NCBI RefSeq assembly: GCF_004010195.1
Contig: NC_057719.1
Location: 61,341,551 to 61,405,550 of the forward strand
DNA length: 64,000 nucleotides
Source of the DNA: Chiloscyllium plagiosum
Lineage: Eukaryota
Reading direction: 5' to 3'
Numbering within the stretch: the first letter of the stretch is position 1; each line of letters opens with the position of its first letter. The translations under genes and the position numbers were made by a program. The notes under the pieces were generated by a model that saw nothing but the letters and a program-made list of their open reading frames with translations, was not told the DNA's origin and did no database searches. Shown here piece after piece: positions 13,000 to 26,784 of this stretch.

Positions 13000-13960
13000 G
13001 GCCTACTGCAAGTAGTTTAGGTGATAGTAGGCATTGAATGGTTTAAAGGGTTTAAATCACTTCAATCTGCAGAAACTGCTCAGGGTCTATAAAATTTTGC
13101 AAGATAATCACCAATACATGCAAAATTTCCAACGGCCACTTCCTTTAGTACACTGGTAAACAGATTATCAAGCCCTAGGGATTTGTTAGCCTTCAACCCG
13201 AATAATTTCTCTTGCACCCTTTTATTTTATTAATGCTGAGTTTTTTCCCCCCAATTCCTCACTCTTAGTTTCCCAACATTTCTGGGCAAATATTTGTGTC
13301 CAGAACCAAAATGTGTGTTCAATTCTTTAGCCATGTCTTTGTTCTCATATTATAATTTCCCTCATTTCTAACTGTAAGGAATTTATATTTGTCTTCACAA
13401 ATCTTTTTTCTCTTCACATGTTTATAGAACCTTTTACAATCCGTTTTGTGCATGGTACATTTACTTTCATACTCTATTCCTCCCTTTTGATCAACCATTT
13501 TGTCCTCTTTTGCTGAATCATAAACTACTCCCAGTCCTCAAACTTGCTACACTTTTTCTGGCAAGTTTATATGTCTCCTCTTTGGATCCAATGCTATCAC
13601 TTATTTCTGTTGTAAAACATGGTTGAGACATCTTTCTGATTTAACTTTTCACCATACCAGAACTAATAGGTGTTGTACTTCATGCATACGTTCTTTAATT
13701 ATTAACCACTGCCTTTCCACTGCCACCCTTTTATAAGGTTTCCCAACCTGTCATTGCCAACTTACATCTCAAACCTTGTAGGTTCCTTTATTTCGATTCA
13801 AATACCTGGTTTCAGATTCAACTTCTTCAGTCTCTATCTTAGTCAACAATGCTCACATTTTATGGCTACTCCTCTCCAACAATGTTAATTAATTCTCTCT
13901 CATTGCACAATATCCAGTCTGGGATAGCATACTCTCTAGCTGGTTGATCAAAATATTGTT
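13000..13960 (-). mobile_element. Degraded CR1 LINE fragment
   Basis: Similar to other minus-strand CR1 copies (agccctagggatttgttagcc, ccatgtctttgttctc, aaacatggttg). Confidence 0.55.
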
Positions 13961-14429
13961 GAACTTGGGCATTTCCTTTCTTCCTGGTTGTGGAAATTGA
14001 ATAAAGATTTGTACACTTTATGTCTTTCACTGTGTCTCACACCTGCACACAGACAATATGGGTGCTGGAGAAAATATAAGCAGTTAAGCGGTAGTGTGGA
14101 GGATATTAAAAAAATATATAAAGTCCCTACCTAATTTTATCTAAGCTAATGGACAACTCCAGTTCAATTAGTAGAACAAGTAGAAGTATTCACCTCATCC
14201 TACTCCAGATGTTTTCTAATTTAGAGCTATTTAAATATACACCCTACAAGTACTCACTCATTGAATTAACCACTCTCACTACCTGATATTGAGCTCACCG
14301 CACTGTTTTCTACAGAATTCCTCCCAGTTCTTTTCACAGCAATACGGATTTGCTGCACAAAGCTCCCAGTCCGCACACCTGGAACATGTTCTGGTAACTG
14401 CCCTACTTTTTATAGTAAACTAGTGGGGC

Positions 14430-14790
14430 TTATTTCACTAGAGCACAGGAGATTGAGGGGTGACCTTAAAGAGATTTATAAAATCATGAAGAGTACAGAT
14501 AAGATAAGGCGAGTTCAAAGCTATAGGGCATATTTTTAAGATGACAGGAGAAAGACTTAAAAGGGACCCAAGAGGCAACTTTTTCACAGTGGTTTGTATG
14601 TGGAATGAATTGTCAGGAAGTGGCAGACACAGGCACACTTCCAACATTTAAAATCATTTGGACAGGTACATGAATAGGAAAGGCTTAGAGAGACATGAAC
14701 CAAACACATGGAAATGGGACAAGTTTAGCTTGGGAAACTTGGTTGGCACGAATTAGTTGGACCGAATAGTCTGTTTCCACCTGTGGAGAC
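14430..14790 (+). mobile_element. CR1 LINE 3' end
   Basis: gggggtgaccttaaagagatttataaaatcatgaag...ttggaccgaatagtctgtttcc, same family as 19190 and 37616. Confidence 0.85.
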
Positions 14791-15289
14791 TTAACTGTAC
14801 TAGGTTCAATATTTTGTCCATTATCTTTTGTGTTTTTTTGGAATTTGTATCAACCAATATATTTTCTCCCTTGACTCATTTCTTTCAAAGAGTTTTTCGC
14901 ATCATATCTGTTGTTTTCTGAATTTTGTTTATATATCAAATCTGTATCATTTTATTTTTGTACTGTCAAGAGATTCAGAGATTAGGCAACAAATTCTGGA
15001 CAATAAAACACTTAAGGCAGTGCTATCAGGATGATTTATTAAGCAATAAAAGTTATACTTCAAAGGCTATTGCCATCCTAGTTAAGAGGATTCTTGATTC
15101 CTACCCATACTAGTGGCACAAACATCTTGTGATGCCTTTCCTCCTGCCTCTACTGATGACATATGCAAATCTATGTGACATACTTCTCTAAAGCTGTTCT
15201 TTGCTGTCTGATTTAAAAAATCTACATTGGTCTGTGAAACTGTCCCAGTTTTGTAAACAAATAATAGACCTTTAGCCCTTACACTTTCC

Positions 15290-16830
15290 CCTATTTGACT
15301 GATTGGTACATGTGATAGTAAATCAAAGTACAGTGAAAAGCTTTGTTTACGAGTAGTCCAGGCAAATCAAAGTAAGCAAGGATGTACAGAACAAAAGATT
15401 TAGATGGAGACATACAGATAACATTGCACGGGGTGTACAAGAGTGATCAACGTTAGCAAGGTCAGCATTATTTGAGGCAAGAGAGTCCATTCAATAGTCT
15501 AATAACGGCCAGGAAGAACCTATCCCTGAACCTGCTTCTGTATCTTCTGCCTGACAGAAGAGGTTGTAGGAGATCATTACCAGGGTGCAAAGGGTCTTTG
15601 ATGTTGGTGGCCTTTTTGTGGCAGCAAACAGTGTAAATGGAGTCTGTGGATGGAAAGTTAGCTCTGGTGTTGGCCTGGGCTGTGCACACTACCCACTGTA
15701 GTTTTGCACAATCCTGGGCAGAGCAGTTGCCATACCAGGCCATTATGCACCTGGACAGCATGCTTTCAGTTGTGTATTTGTAGAAGTTGGCAAGGGTCCC
15801 AAAGGACATGCCAAATTTCCTGAGCCACCTGAGGAAGAAGAGCTGTTGTGCCTTCTTGACTGTCAGAACTACGTGGGAAGACCAGGGACAGTTTGTCGAT
15901 TATTGTCGCTCTGAGGAACTTTATGCTCTCCACCCTCTCGACCTCAGTCCCATTGATGTAGATGAGGGCTGTGTTCACCTCCTTTCTGACTAAAGTCAAT
16001 GACTAATCCTTTAGTTTTGCTGACACTGATAGAGAGGTTGTTATCATTGCAACACATCACGAAACCGTCTACCTTCCTTCAGTATTTTGACTCATCATTG
16101 CTAGACATCCATCGTACTATGCCGGAGTCATCAGCTAACTTATAGGTGGTATTCATTCAAAATTTGTCAACACAGTAATGGGAATACAGGGAGGACAGTA
16201 GGAGGCTGAGGATGCATCACTGGGGGACTCCAGTGTTAAATGTTATTGTCGACGAGGTGCAGTTACCTATATTCACCAATTGCGGTCTGTTGGTCAGAAA
16301 TCTGAGGATCCATTAATAGAGGGTGGAGCTGAGATCAAGGTCAGTTTGCAGGGGATAATGGTGTTGAAGGTGGAACTTTAGCCAATGAGCAGGAGTCTGA
16401 CATAGATGTCCTTGTTGTCCAGATGCTCCAGAGATGAGTGTAGGGGTAGAGATATGGTATCTGCTGTGGTCGTGTTACGCAAACTATAGTGCATCAAGGC
16501 TGGCTGGGAGACTAAGGTTGATATGCGCCACGACCAGCCTTCCAAAGTACTTCATGATTATTGGGGTCATAGCCACTGGGCAGTAGTCATTAAAGTAAAC
16601 TGCATGTGCTTTCTGAGGTAGAGATATGATGTTGGCCTTTCAAAAACAGATGAGGACTCCCGCTTGTAGGAGGGAGAGGTTGAAGAATACCTTTGCCAAT
16701 GGGTCCACCCAAGATCTGAGTGCTTGACCAGGGACACCATCCAGGCCCATCGCTTTCTGGGTGTTGATTCCTAAGAAGACCGATCTGACGTCTGCAGTCC
16801 CACACCAAAGTCAGGTGGCCCCTTATAACT
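15290..16830 (-). mobile_element. Rex1/Babar-like LINE, RT to 3' end, decayed
   Basis: LANFYKYTTESMLSRCIMAWYGNCSAQDCAKLQWVV, YINGTEVERVESIKFL and a KLADD motif near 16130. Confidence 0.8.
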
Positions 16831-19189
16831 TCTAAATAGTCAATCAAGCAATAAATTTACAAACTAGACCCATCCTTCACTCCATTATGAGAATGAAAGG
16901 TTGTGAATAGAGTCAAGCAATAATAATGTCAAAACACGTCAATTAAAATTGGATTCACCAATTACTTTCAATTCAGCTAATTTTGTTTTTCAAAATTTAA
17001 AGAGTAGGGGATTTAAATAACTTGACAGCTTCACAGACCTTGTTCACCTTTCAGCATTTACTCTACTCTAAAATATAAGTCATACACTGTTGGATAATAT
17101 TATTACTCCAGCAGAAGTGGGATGTATTGAGCTTGACAATGAGTTCAGTGGCCCTATTAGGTTTGGGTTTCCCCATATGTGCAAGTCATGTCTGGCCCTG
17201 TTTTCCTGGAAAAAACTTAATCTGTCAAAGGAGGGCAGGACCTCTGGATCCCAGATCCCATCACTATTTTTGATATGGAACAGAGTCTCCACACTTCCAA
17301 GGCAATCAGCCAAAAGTTTTATTTTAAGTGTCAGTTTAGGGAGAGGGGCGATAAGGTGAAAGCAGGAGATGCTGTTATTCTGCAACTGTAATAGTAACTG
17401 TCCTAATAATGGCAGTGATAGAAAGATGGATACAAGGGCAATAAAGAAGCACTAGCATTGTGTTGGGAAGAATTCCTTAAATATACCAGCCCACTAGCTT
17501 TTGGTGCAGTGAAGAATAACTAACTTAGAAGACAAATATTGAAAAAGACCAAGACAAGCTAAATAAACATTCATGCTTAATGTTTGCAGCTAAGTATAAC
17601 ACATAGCCAAGAAGCGTACAGAAAATATATACTACTATACACAAATATGGCAACAGAAAACAACACATTCAATTCCAAGTCACCTAACTCTAAACAGTTT
17701 AACTGAGGGAAGGGTTTCAGATCTCCAATTCCTTTTGTGAAGAAACCCTTCCACTCATACCTTCCAGTCAACCCTTCCAGGCTCCCTCTAGTAACAAAGC
17801 TGTCAGTTTTCTCTCCCTAACTTATAAACTCTTTCAGTCACCTTAAACATGTCAATAATAATTCCTTCATATACCTTATTAAAAGGGAACATAAAATCAA
17901 GTCATTGATGGCACAGTGGTAGTGTCCCCATTTCTGACCGAGAAGACCTGGGTATAAATCCCACCTACTCAGCAGGGATGATTACTCTTGAATTGAAGAT
18001 TGTTTCTGAGAAATATCTCTAACCATCAGATCCTTGAATACTATAATCTTATGTTTAGAGAGTCATTTGATATGTCGCTACATGTGGGCCAGAAGGCTCA
18101 GGATTAAATCCAACCTGCTCCAGAGATCTCTGCACAGGTTGATTAGCAATTCTCTATGCTAACTATCCTTATAACATAACCACTTTGCCCCAGTATGTTT
18201 GGTGAACTAAGCATCTATATCTTACCAGGTTACACAATTTTCAACTCAAAGTGAACTTGAAAAGTTTTGCACCAATAGAGAAAAATGCAGATGACATCTC
18301 AGATTTTAAATATCTCAAACAACAATTTACTAACGGCCTGATTAAGACTCCAATTTCAATTGGGCCAGAGAGATTGAAAGCACAAGAACATAATCTCATC
18401 ATTAAAATAATCTTTGTACAGCTCAGTACCATCATTAACTTTGTGATTAGTTTAATTGATAATTAATGTGCAATGGCAGCAATTACTTGAGAAAACAATA
18501 GCTGTGTTAGCCTCATGAATCTCAAGACTAATGACAAATTTGGGATGATTTGCAACTCACAGGTATTCTTTTCTTTGCCACAAATTGCTTCACACTAATC
18601 ATGGCTTGCACTTTAAACCTGTCACAACATTGCCAACACATTACAGTAAAATGCACACAAACACTTGAGAGGGAGACACATTAATCTAACACTTAATCTG
18701 GTTTTTTCACCAAATTCCACATTTGTGAACAAAACTTCAGGTCAATATAAACTACATCCAACCCTTTTTTAGAATGATTACCAGAGTTGCTTTCATAATG
18801 ACAGGCACTGAACCTCTAAATGTATTCATTACCAATAAATGATATCTAAACACAAAAATAGTGTAGTAATGCTTCATTTATGAGACAAGTTGCTACTGTT
18901 TGTTAATTTATGAAATATAGACTCTTCTACCAAAAAGGAAGGCAGACATAAGAGTCTGATGTTGACAATGTAAAAGCTAAATGTAAAGATGCTAACAAGA
19001 TTACAAACCACAGTAAAAGGTGAGTAGACCAAAATACAGTTGAATTAAGCCATCTGTTCCTATAAACACAACGTTCTCTGAATAAGTTTCATGAACACTG
19101 AAATACAGCAACAGTATGTGAGAAAAAAAAAGTCACCAAAATTAGACTCCTCAGGATGGAAAAACAAACAATAATATAAAATTGTCCAA

Positions 19190-19735
19190 TATGGAGAATT
19201 GCATGCAATTCTGGTCTCCTTCCTATTGGAAGGTTGTTGTGAAACTTGAAAGGGTTCAGAAAAGATTTACAAGGATGTTGCCAGGTTTGGAGGAATTCAG
19301 CTATAGTAAGAGGCTGAATAGGCTAGGTCTGTTTTCCCTGTACCGCTAGAGGCTGTGGGGTGACCTTACAGGGGTTTATAAAATCATGAAGAGCATGGAT
19401 AGGATAAATAGACAAAGTCTTTTCCCTAGAGTGGGGGAGTCTAGAATTAGACAGCATAGGTTTAGGGTGAAAGGGGAAAGATATAAAACAGACCTAAGGG
19501 ACAACTTTTTCACGCAGAGGATGGTGGGTGTATGGAACGAGCTGCCTGAAGAAGTGTAGAAGCTGGTACAATTACAACATATAAAAGGTATCTGGATGGG
19601 TATATGAATAGTAAGGGTTTAGAGGGATATGGGCCAAGTGCTGTCAAATGGGACTAGATTAGGTTGGGATAGCTGGTCGGCATAGGCGAGTTGGACCAAA
19701 GGGTCTTATCCGTGCTATGACTCTATGATTCTATG
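19190..19735 (+). mobile_element. CR1 LINE 3' end with octamer-type tail
   Basis: CMQFWSP..RVQKRFTRMLPGL-type coding remnant; tail ctatgactctatgattctatg. Confidence 0.9.
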
Positions 19736-20049
19736 TAGCAAAGTAACAAGCCAGCTTGTAAATATTAGTCATTGTTCCACTGAATATTCACCAAACAGGA
19801 AACTCAAAAGTGTTGTTTTAGATCAGATGTATATTTCTCAAGCAAATAACATTATGATACTATTTCTACACAATGCATTCAAATATCATGGTAGAACAAA
19901 GTAAAAACTAACATGTTTTTGGAAGACTTCTGTGACAGCTTAAAAAACTACACTACCCTGGCTGCATCATCAAGTTCTGGTTTAAAACCTTTATGGTAAA
20001 GATGATACAAAGCAATTAGATGGATTGAGATACTCTTAATCAAACTTTT

Positions 20050-20390
20050 CAGAGATGTTATTACACAGCTCTGGAGCAGGTGAGACTTGAACCTTGGCCT
20101 CCTGGCTCAGAGATACAGATACTACCACTGTGCCACTACAGTCATCAATTAAGTGGTTTTAGATATTTTAAATCAACCTGTTCAGTGGTGCTCTGATATA
20201 TCTCTAGAGCGGTAAGACTTGAACTTCTGGTCCAGAGGTGGGAATACTATCACTGCACCACAGGAGCCCTGAAAGTCACTGTAAATATTTTTAAGCAACC
20301 TATTCAAGCAAGTTACAATATATGTCTGGGGCAAGTGATATTCGAGCCAAGGCCCTCTGGTCCAGAGATAAGGCATGACTGCTGTGCCAC
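20050..20390 (-). repeat. Three tandem degenerate tRNA-like SINE heads (related pieces at about 17905-18150)
   Basis: Repeated gacttgaac....ggc/tcagaga..gg.atactaccactgtgccac units at about 20080, 20215 and 20340. Confidence 0.5.
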
Positions 20391-21097
20391 GTGATCACAC
20401 AATGAGGTGGATTTAGCCAACAAGTCTTCATTAGCATCACTTGGCTTTACAGTCATTCCTCTGAATCTGCAACGATTCCATCCCTGAAACCCCTTGCAAA
20501 TGATAAATTCAGGAGTGTGGGACTTTATTACTTATAGTAAGAATAGATTAGGTTTCTGGACCTCAAGATTATTTTTGGATATTATTTTTGGTTTAAAATA
20601 AACACTAAAACATCAGAAATAAAAATGTAATATTAATAGAATATTACAATACAATTACAGTGAATTGTAACAACAATAAAGGCAAGATGTTCGACTCACA
20701 GAGGCTGAGCATTGTTGTGGGTGGTTACTGAGTGTGGGAGGGGCAAGGTGGTGCAGTCATGCCTTTCTCCCAACACTCTCCCCGATCATGTGCCCTCCAC
20801 CTCCACCTCATCAAACTTTTCTCAACCTGTTCATCGTCCTGAGCATCTATGGCCATTCTCACGCTGGGCTGAGAATAAGAGCTGCCTACCGGAACAGGTT
20901 ATAAGAATTGTATTGGTGTAGTTTGTCGTGCCTGCCAGTATAGACACTTGAGAAGGTCGACTTGGGGAGACTTGCTGCCTCGACTGCCCTCTTGAACTTG
21001 AGGCTCGACTGCCCTCTTGAACTTGAGGCTCTATTCAAGTATGGGATCAGATTCTTGTAGCTCCTTGCAGATGGTGTCAATGGTATTAAATAAAGAT

Positions 21098-21948
21098 AAA
21101 GTTAAAAATCACACAACACCAGGTTATAGTCCAACAGGTTTATTTGGAATCACTAGCTTTCGAAGAGTTGCTTCTTCATAAGGTCACAACCACCTCATGA
21201 AGGAGCAGTACTTCAAAAGCTAGTGATTCCAAATAAATTTGTCATTTTTCATTGTCATTTATCTCAAGAGGGTTGGAATATAAAAGCTCCGTTGTGCTAC
21301 TGAGACTTTATAAAGCTCTGGTGCTGCCCCATTTGGAGTACTGTGTCCAGTTTTGGTCCCCACACCTCAGGAAGGACATACTGGCACTGGAGCGTGTCCA
21401 GCAGAGATTCACACGGATTATCGGTCTAACATAGGAGGAATGGCTGAGGATCCTGGGATTGTATTCATTGGAGTTTAGAAGATTAAGGGGAGATCTAATA
21501 GAAACTTACAAGATAATACATGGCTTGGAGAGGGTGGACGCTAGGAAATTGTTTCCGTTAGATGAGGAGACTAGGACCCGTGGACACAGCCTTAAAATTA
21601 GAGGGGGTCAATTCAGAACAGAAATGCGGAGACATTTCTTCAGTCAGAGACTGTGGGCCTGTGGAATTCATTGCTGCAGAGTGCAGTGGAGGCTGGGACG
21701 CTAAATGTCTTCAAGGCAGAAATTGATAAATTCTTGATGTCACAAGGAATTAAGGGCTACGGGGAGAATGCGGGTAAGTGGAGATGAAATGCCCATCAGC
21801 CATGATTGAATGGCGGAGAGGACTCGATGGGCCGAATGGCCTTACTTCCGCTCCTATGTCTTATGGTCTTAAATTTGTTGGACTATAAATGGCGTTGTGT
21901 GATTTTTAAACTTTGTCCACCCCAGTCCAACACCGGCACCACCAAATC
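21098..21948. mobile_element. Penelope-associated palindromic element (second family), interrupted by a CR1
   Basis: Arms aaaaatcacacaacaccaggttatagtccaacagg... and ...tgttggactataaatggcgttgtgtgattttt. Flanked by ttaaataa(a/g)gat at 21086-21097 and 21949-21960. Confidence 0.65.
21243..21869 (+). mobile_element. CR1 LINE 3' end inserted in the palindromic element
   Basis: [37 protein letters not shown] and RRLRGDLIETYKI; TSD taaatttgt at 21234-21242 and 21870-21878. Confidence 0.9.
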
Positions 21949-24900
21949 TTAAATAAGGATGACAGTTTTGCTGAAGTCAGAGGCTTGACCTTGGGGAGAT
22001 CTTCAATGTTATTGTCACCGTCATTCAGTCCCTCATTAGCCATCTCACCTAACTCATTTGTTGGTTCTTCAGCCGTTTGGGTCTGCATGTCCTTGCTCAT
22101 GTCTTTGAAGCCTTCCCCTCTGATCCCCTTGACCAATCAAAGGATGTTTTTGATGACACCAATGCTGGGGAAGCCTTCAAAGTTGGTCTCACAGTCAGAC
22201 CTTCTTACAGCCAGACCTTCTTACAGCAATTGCTAATGGTGGCCTGTGAGACACTCTTCCAAGTGATGGGGACAAGTCAATTACATCAGAGGTGTTGGGT
22301 TGCTTCCAAAAGTCGATCATCATCAGGTTATCATCTGTAGACATGGTTTGGCAGGTTCTGGGTGTAGTAGCTCTTGAATGCCTTGTTTCCATGGTCGAAT
22401 GACTGTAATCAACAATGAGAGATTGGGTGGCATGGAGAGAGCTTCAATGTTGGCGTGGGCGTATCTGATCCTCACAATGAATGGGTGCATTCTTGAAGAT
22501 GGGAAGAAATTTGAAGGTGAGGTTCTTTGACTAGAGATCTCACTCAACTTCTGAAATGTGACAGCTATTAAACCAATCCCAGAAGATACAAGCAAACATC
22601 CGAGCCTTCTTGCTAAACTTCTAATATACAAGTATACGGTTCTTGTTCTTCCCCTTTGGATGAGAGGGTTTTCAGCACAGGAGAATATCAGTGGCTTTCA
22701 CTTGTAATTTCTCCTCATAGTGGGACCAAGCAGCAGCATAGCATAATTTTTGAAAGCCGTGAATCCTGGAACTTTGGTGACTTGCTTGGTGATGTATGTG
22801 TAGGACCCCTTTTGCTTGTAAAAAAAGCTGGTTTCATCGACATCAATATTTGCTTGCTCCTATATCCCTTCTCCTCAACCAGCTTGAGGAACATTGGCAG
22901 GAAAGCTGTGATGGCCTCCTGGTCAGCGGAACCAACCTCCTCACTTAGCTTGACATTGTGAAGGTCATAGCGATTTGTAAACCGTCCTAGCCATCCCTTA
23001 CTGACTGTGAGAGGCTTGATGTCCTGCACATCTTTTGTCAGGTGTTCACAGATACACAGCGTCTGCTGCCACAGGGCATATCTGTACACGAAGATCTTGC
23101 TCTCCGTCACAATCTCCACTATAAACAAATTTCTATCTCTTTTCTATCATCTCGTAGTGGATCTTCCACACTACTGATGCCACCTTAATACTTGGAGGAA
23201 CAGATTCATTCACAGCTTTTCCTATTTCGGCCTTTTTGCACCTAATCGACCGAACTCATGGAGGCTGAAATCAACCTACAGCACTAGCCAACATACCACT
23301 TTGCAATTTATCCACCACTTTCACCTTTTCATTCAGCTTTCATCACCACCTTCTTGAACTAAGGCACACCAGTACTACCATTTTGATTAGGTGCCACCTT
23401 GGAACAGGTGTGAGTGAAATCAAGATTGGTCATGGATAGGTGAGTTTTGCTCACAGATTTTGAATGATTGCTTAGTTTTTTTGGCGCGAATCGAGGAATT
23501 CAATTTTGTGAGTTCACAGATACAGGGGAATGACTGTACTTTGTTAGACCAATGTTAATGTTAAATAACCTAAACAATCTGTAGCATTAGGCAATTTGAA
23601 AAATGTTTTGTTATCCAATCAGTTTTATGATGTAACTTCTTTTCTTTTTGCACCTATTAAATTTTACTCATTTCTTCCAGTTCTCACAGAACCTTCCAGG
23701 TTTTCTTTTGATGCACACTTCAAGCATAAAGAAGGTACTTAAGTCAACAAAAACAAAAAATCCTTAAAAAGAACTTTCTGGTATGGAAATGCTTTGTTTC
23801 TGCTTGATATATCCTTACTGAAAAACTTCGCTGAGTTTAAAAAAATGTGATATTAAAAGAGATTTATATCTTTTCTTGCTATTTAAAATGTGTAAAACCT
23901 CAGTAACAACCTTATCAAAATGCTGTTTTCTGGCAAACTTTAGAAACAAATTTTAAAATCTAAGTTAGAGTCAAGCAACTACGTCTTTTCAAACAAAATA
24001 CCAGACTGACAATAATTCTTTAAAACAGCATTCTCAGCATAAGAAAACCAACATGATAGATTTTTAGAAAATACATACTTTACAGGAAGCAAAATTGTAC
24101 TTGTCCATACTTACATATCATTTTAAAACTTTTGTTATCCATATATTGCATGTTTGAAAAATATGTTAAACAATCTAATTTCATTGCTCCATTAACAGCT
24201 ACACTACTTCTCCAATGACTATAAGAAATTACAATTACAATTTCTATTATAATCATTTGTTGGTACAGAACTCAAGTATTCTGAGAAGAAACACACTTCA
24301 TCAAAGATTTTCATCTTGCACTCAGAGAAATGACAATTTGTCCTGATGAGTGAAAGACAAAAAGCTTTGATTAAATGATTTGATAAAATGTATCTTATTT
24401 ATATTATCCAAAATGATACTTAAATAGTATCTTAACAATCTTAGTTTGAGGTTTTCTTGGACTCTGTTCTACAACAGAATTTGTCAAAAATTCCCCAACT
24501 GTTGATGACTCAGACATTAAAGTGTAAGTAGTAAACTGTACTCAGAGTTTAATCAAAATATCTATTAGACTCATCACAGAAATCAGCAATGCAATACTGC
24601 CTTTGATAAGTTGACCAAAAACATGACAGTGTAATCGTTTTGCACTTGCTGGATCAAATATGGTGTTTTCAAGAATTAGAAATGAAGACAACTATCCACA
24701 GTAAATCAAATACAGTGGAAAACAAAAAGATATGAAGCACACAAATTCACTTGCTTGTTTTTCTCTGGGGTAACACACCACAATTAAATACTAAACGATA
24801 TAGCTACTATGAGCTCTGTGATCCCAGTCCAGCCCATTTCATTTTGAATAATTACATCTCCACAGCCTGATGAGCAGGATCATTCAAACCAGCTTTTAAA

Positions 24901-26592
24901 ATGACAACATTGTTGCAAAGAAATCAGAATCTATTAAGAAGCATCAAATTAAATATATCCTCCAACAACTTCTATCAAATTTTAGACGACGTGTGATTTA
25001 GTTCCACTCTCAAATCGAGTAGAATAACAAATCACACTTTGATTTGCCGTCTCAGAATACCAAATGGAGACAGGTGATAAAGAAAGCTCTTATGCACAAG
25101 CTGTGAAGTTTCTCCTCAAAATTAATTCCATCTTGAAGAATCCAATCTCTGATAAATTCCCAGAATAACTTAAAAATATACCTCTGTGCTTCAGTCTTGA
25201 AGATTACGAAGGCTATCTTTCTATGAAAGCACTTACAATAATACTGCTTCAGCAGAGAGAGGAAAAAAATGCACATTTGGAATAGTCAACTGTAAGTTCT
25301 TACTGTCAATCTGAGCCTGTATCAAAGTCTCAATAAAGCATTAAATGACATATTAAAACTTGCACATCAGTCTACCTCAACAGGATTTGAGAGTGCATTT
25401 ATAATGGGTGTATATAATAGCAATTTATCAATCACAATATTTCACTTTTTCCATTTGATTCTGACTTGCCATACACAAAAACTCATTGACGGTCTCACCA
25501 CCTTTTCTCACTCACTGTTGATCCTCCTGAACTTAAATCATGATAATCTACTATTTAAACTGATATTGTACAGAGGTATTTGACTTTTTGATAATCCCAG
25601 CCCTGCTTCAAGTAAGATTTCATGAATTATCTGAAATGATAGTACTTTCTATTCAAAATGGGGATCTAACGAATCAGATACACATGTTGTATTTCCGTGA
25701 TCCTGACTCTTTTAATCTTAAATAAATCCTCCAATAACCATACATTTCATACCTTGGCATGACTGAAGCTTGGTAGCAGAATGAAGGTCCTCTGAATAAA
25801 GCAGAAAAAATTAACAGAAAAACTTTGAGTTCTTCAGAAGGGCTACTGCCAGTACATTGAATGACAATATTTGAATAAATGAATGTACAACCCACATAAA
25901 CCTATCCTCCTCTTGAAACCTAGCAAATAGTTAATCTCCTCCTCAGCGATATTACACCTCAGTGTCAGATTAAATTTAAGCATATTCTGTGCATCGTAAA
26001 TTAAAATTATTGCTTAATTTGCTGTGGTCCCAGTTTAGTTTTATATCTTCTGCTTCATTTTTTAAATGAATTTCCATTACTGTATGTTACTTAATATTGT
26101 TCGTGGTCCAAGCCCAAATAAAAATTTGCTAACATTTTTTAAAGTTTTAGCACTATTTAAATCTTGGCTGATTAACTGCCTTTTTTGGATTCCCGTTAAT
26201 AATTGTCATTTAAATGTTTCTGTTTAGTTTGTGTTGTGTTAGAGTGTTAATTTTGCGGTTCAGAACTACTTCCTGCTGGTTTATGCAAATATAACATTAA
26301 CCCTCGCCTCATACAACCCTATTACAACAGCAAGCTCCTGTCAAAGAAAGCTTCTCTCCAGTTTGGCCTAGTGAGCACCGAGCGGTAATGGTGGCCTCTG
26401 TAATGTAATGTCATGGGCCCTGTCTCTGCAATGTAATGAGAGGAGCTTAGGAAATGAAACAGTCTGCTTTCTTTCTGTGTTGTAAAAATTGAAGTAGAGC
26501 AGCTTTGAGTGAGAATGTGGTTCTTCGCGTTACGAATCCCGACGGGGGAGTGGGGGGGCGGAGGGTAGCGGCTTTCAAACCCGGCCACTTAC

Positions 26593-26649
26593 CCCGGCTC
26601 CTGAATATCGCGAAGGTGGGGGTGAGGTTGCGGTGGCACTCGGCAGCAA
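26593..26649 (-). CDS. NPAS3: Candidate 57-nt in-frame cassette exon of NPAS3
   Basis: gcctttgaccttccag acceptor and GGG|GTAAGT donor. Phase 2 to phase 2 and open: (R)CCRVPPQPHPHLRDIQEP(G). Confidence 0.45.
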
Positions 26650-26734
26650 CTGGAAGGTCAAAGGCAAGCTCCCAACAAAGTATCATGGCAACAAAAAATA
26701 CTGAGAATCACGCCACATAAACAACTGTCGTTAC

Positions 26735-26784
26735 CGTTCACGTCTTGAAGGGTCGTGCTGGAAGCCTTGCTTGGTGGGCGCCAT
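26735..26784 (-). CDS. NPAS3: NPAS3 first coding exon, proximal (1b): MAPTKQGFQHDPSRRER
   Basis: Near-identical to the remembered human N-terminus MAPTKPSFQQDPSRRER. Kozak aaaATGG, 50 coding nt, donor CG|GTAACG. Lies downstream of AKAP6 on the same strand, as in mammals. Confidence 0.93.

Larger units (their letters stand above)
20450..23536 (-). mobile_element. Full-length but decayed Tigger/pogo DNA transposon with nested insertions
   Basis: TIRs CAGTCATTCCTCTGAATCTGC and CAGTCATTCCCCTGTATCTGT with TA TSDs (20448-20449, 23537-23538). Frameshifted CENP-B-HTH/DDE remnant KGWLGRFTNRYDLHNVKLSEEVGSADQEAITAF. Confidence 0.88.

Noticed and set aside
1..26590. NPAS3 exon 2 (ITAQHPLPNQSE...) or the bHLH exon
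   Set aside because: Not recognised on the minus strand; probably beyond the left edge, though a short exon could have been missed by eye.
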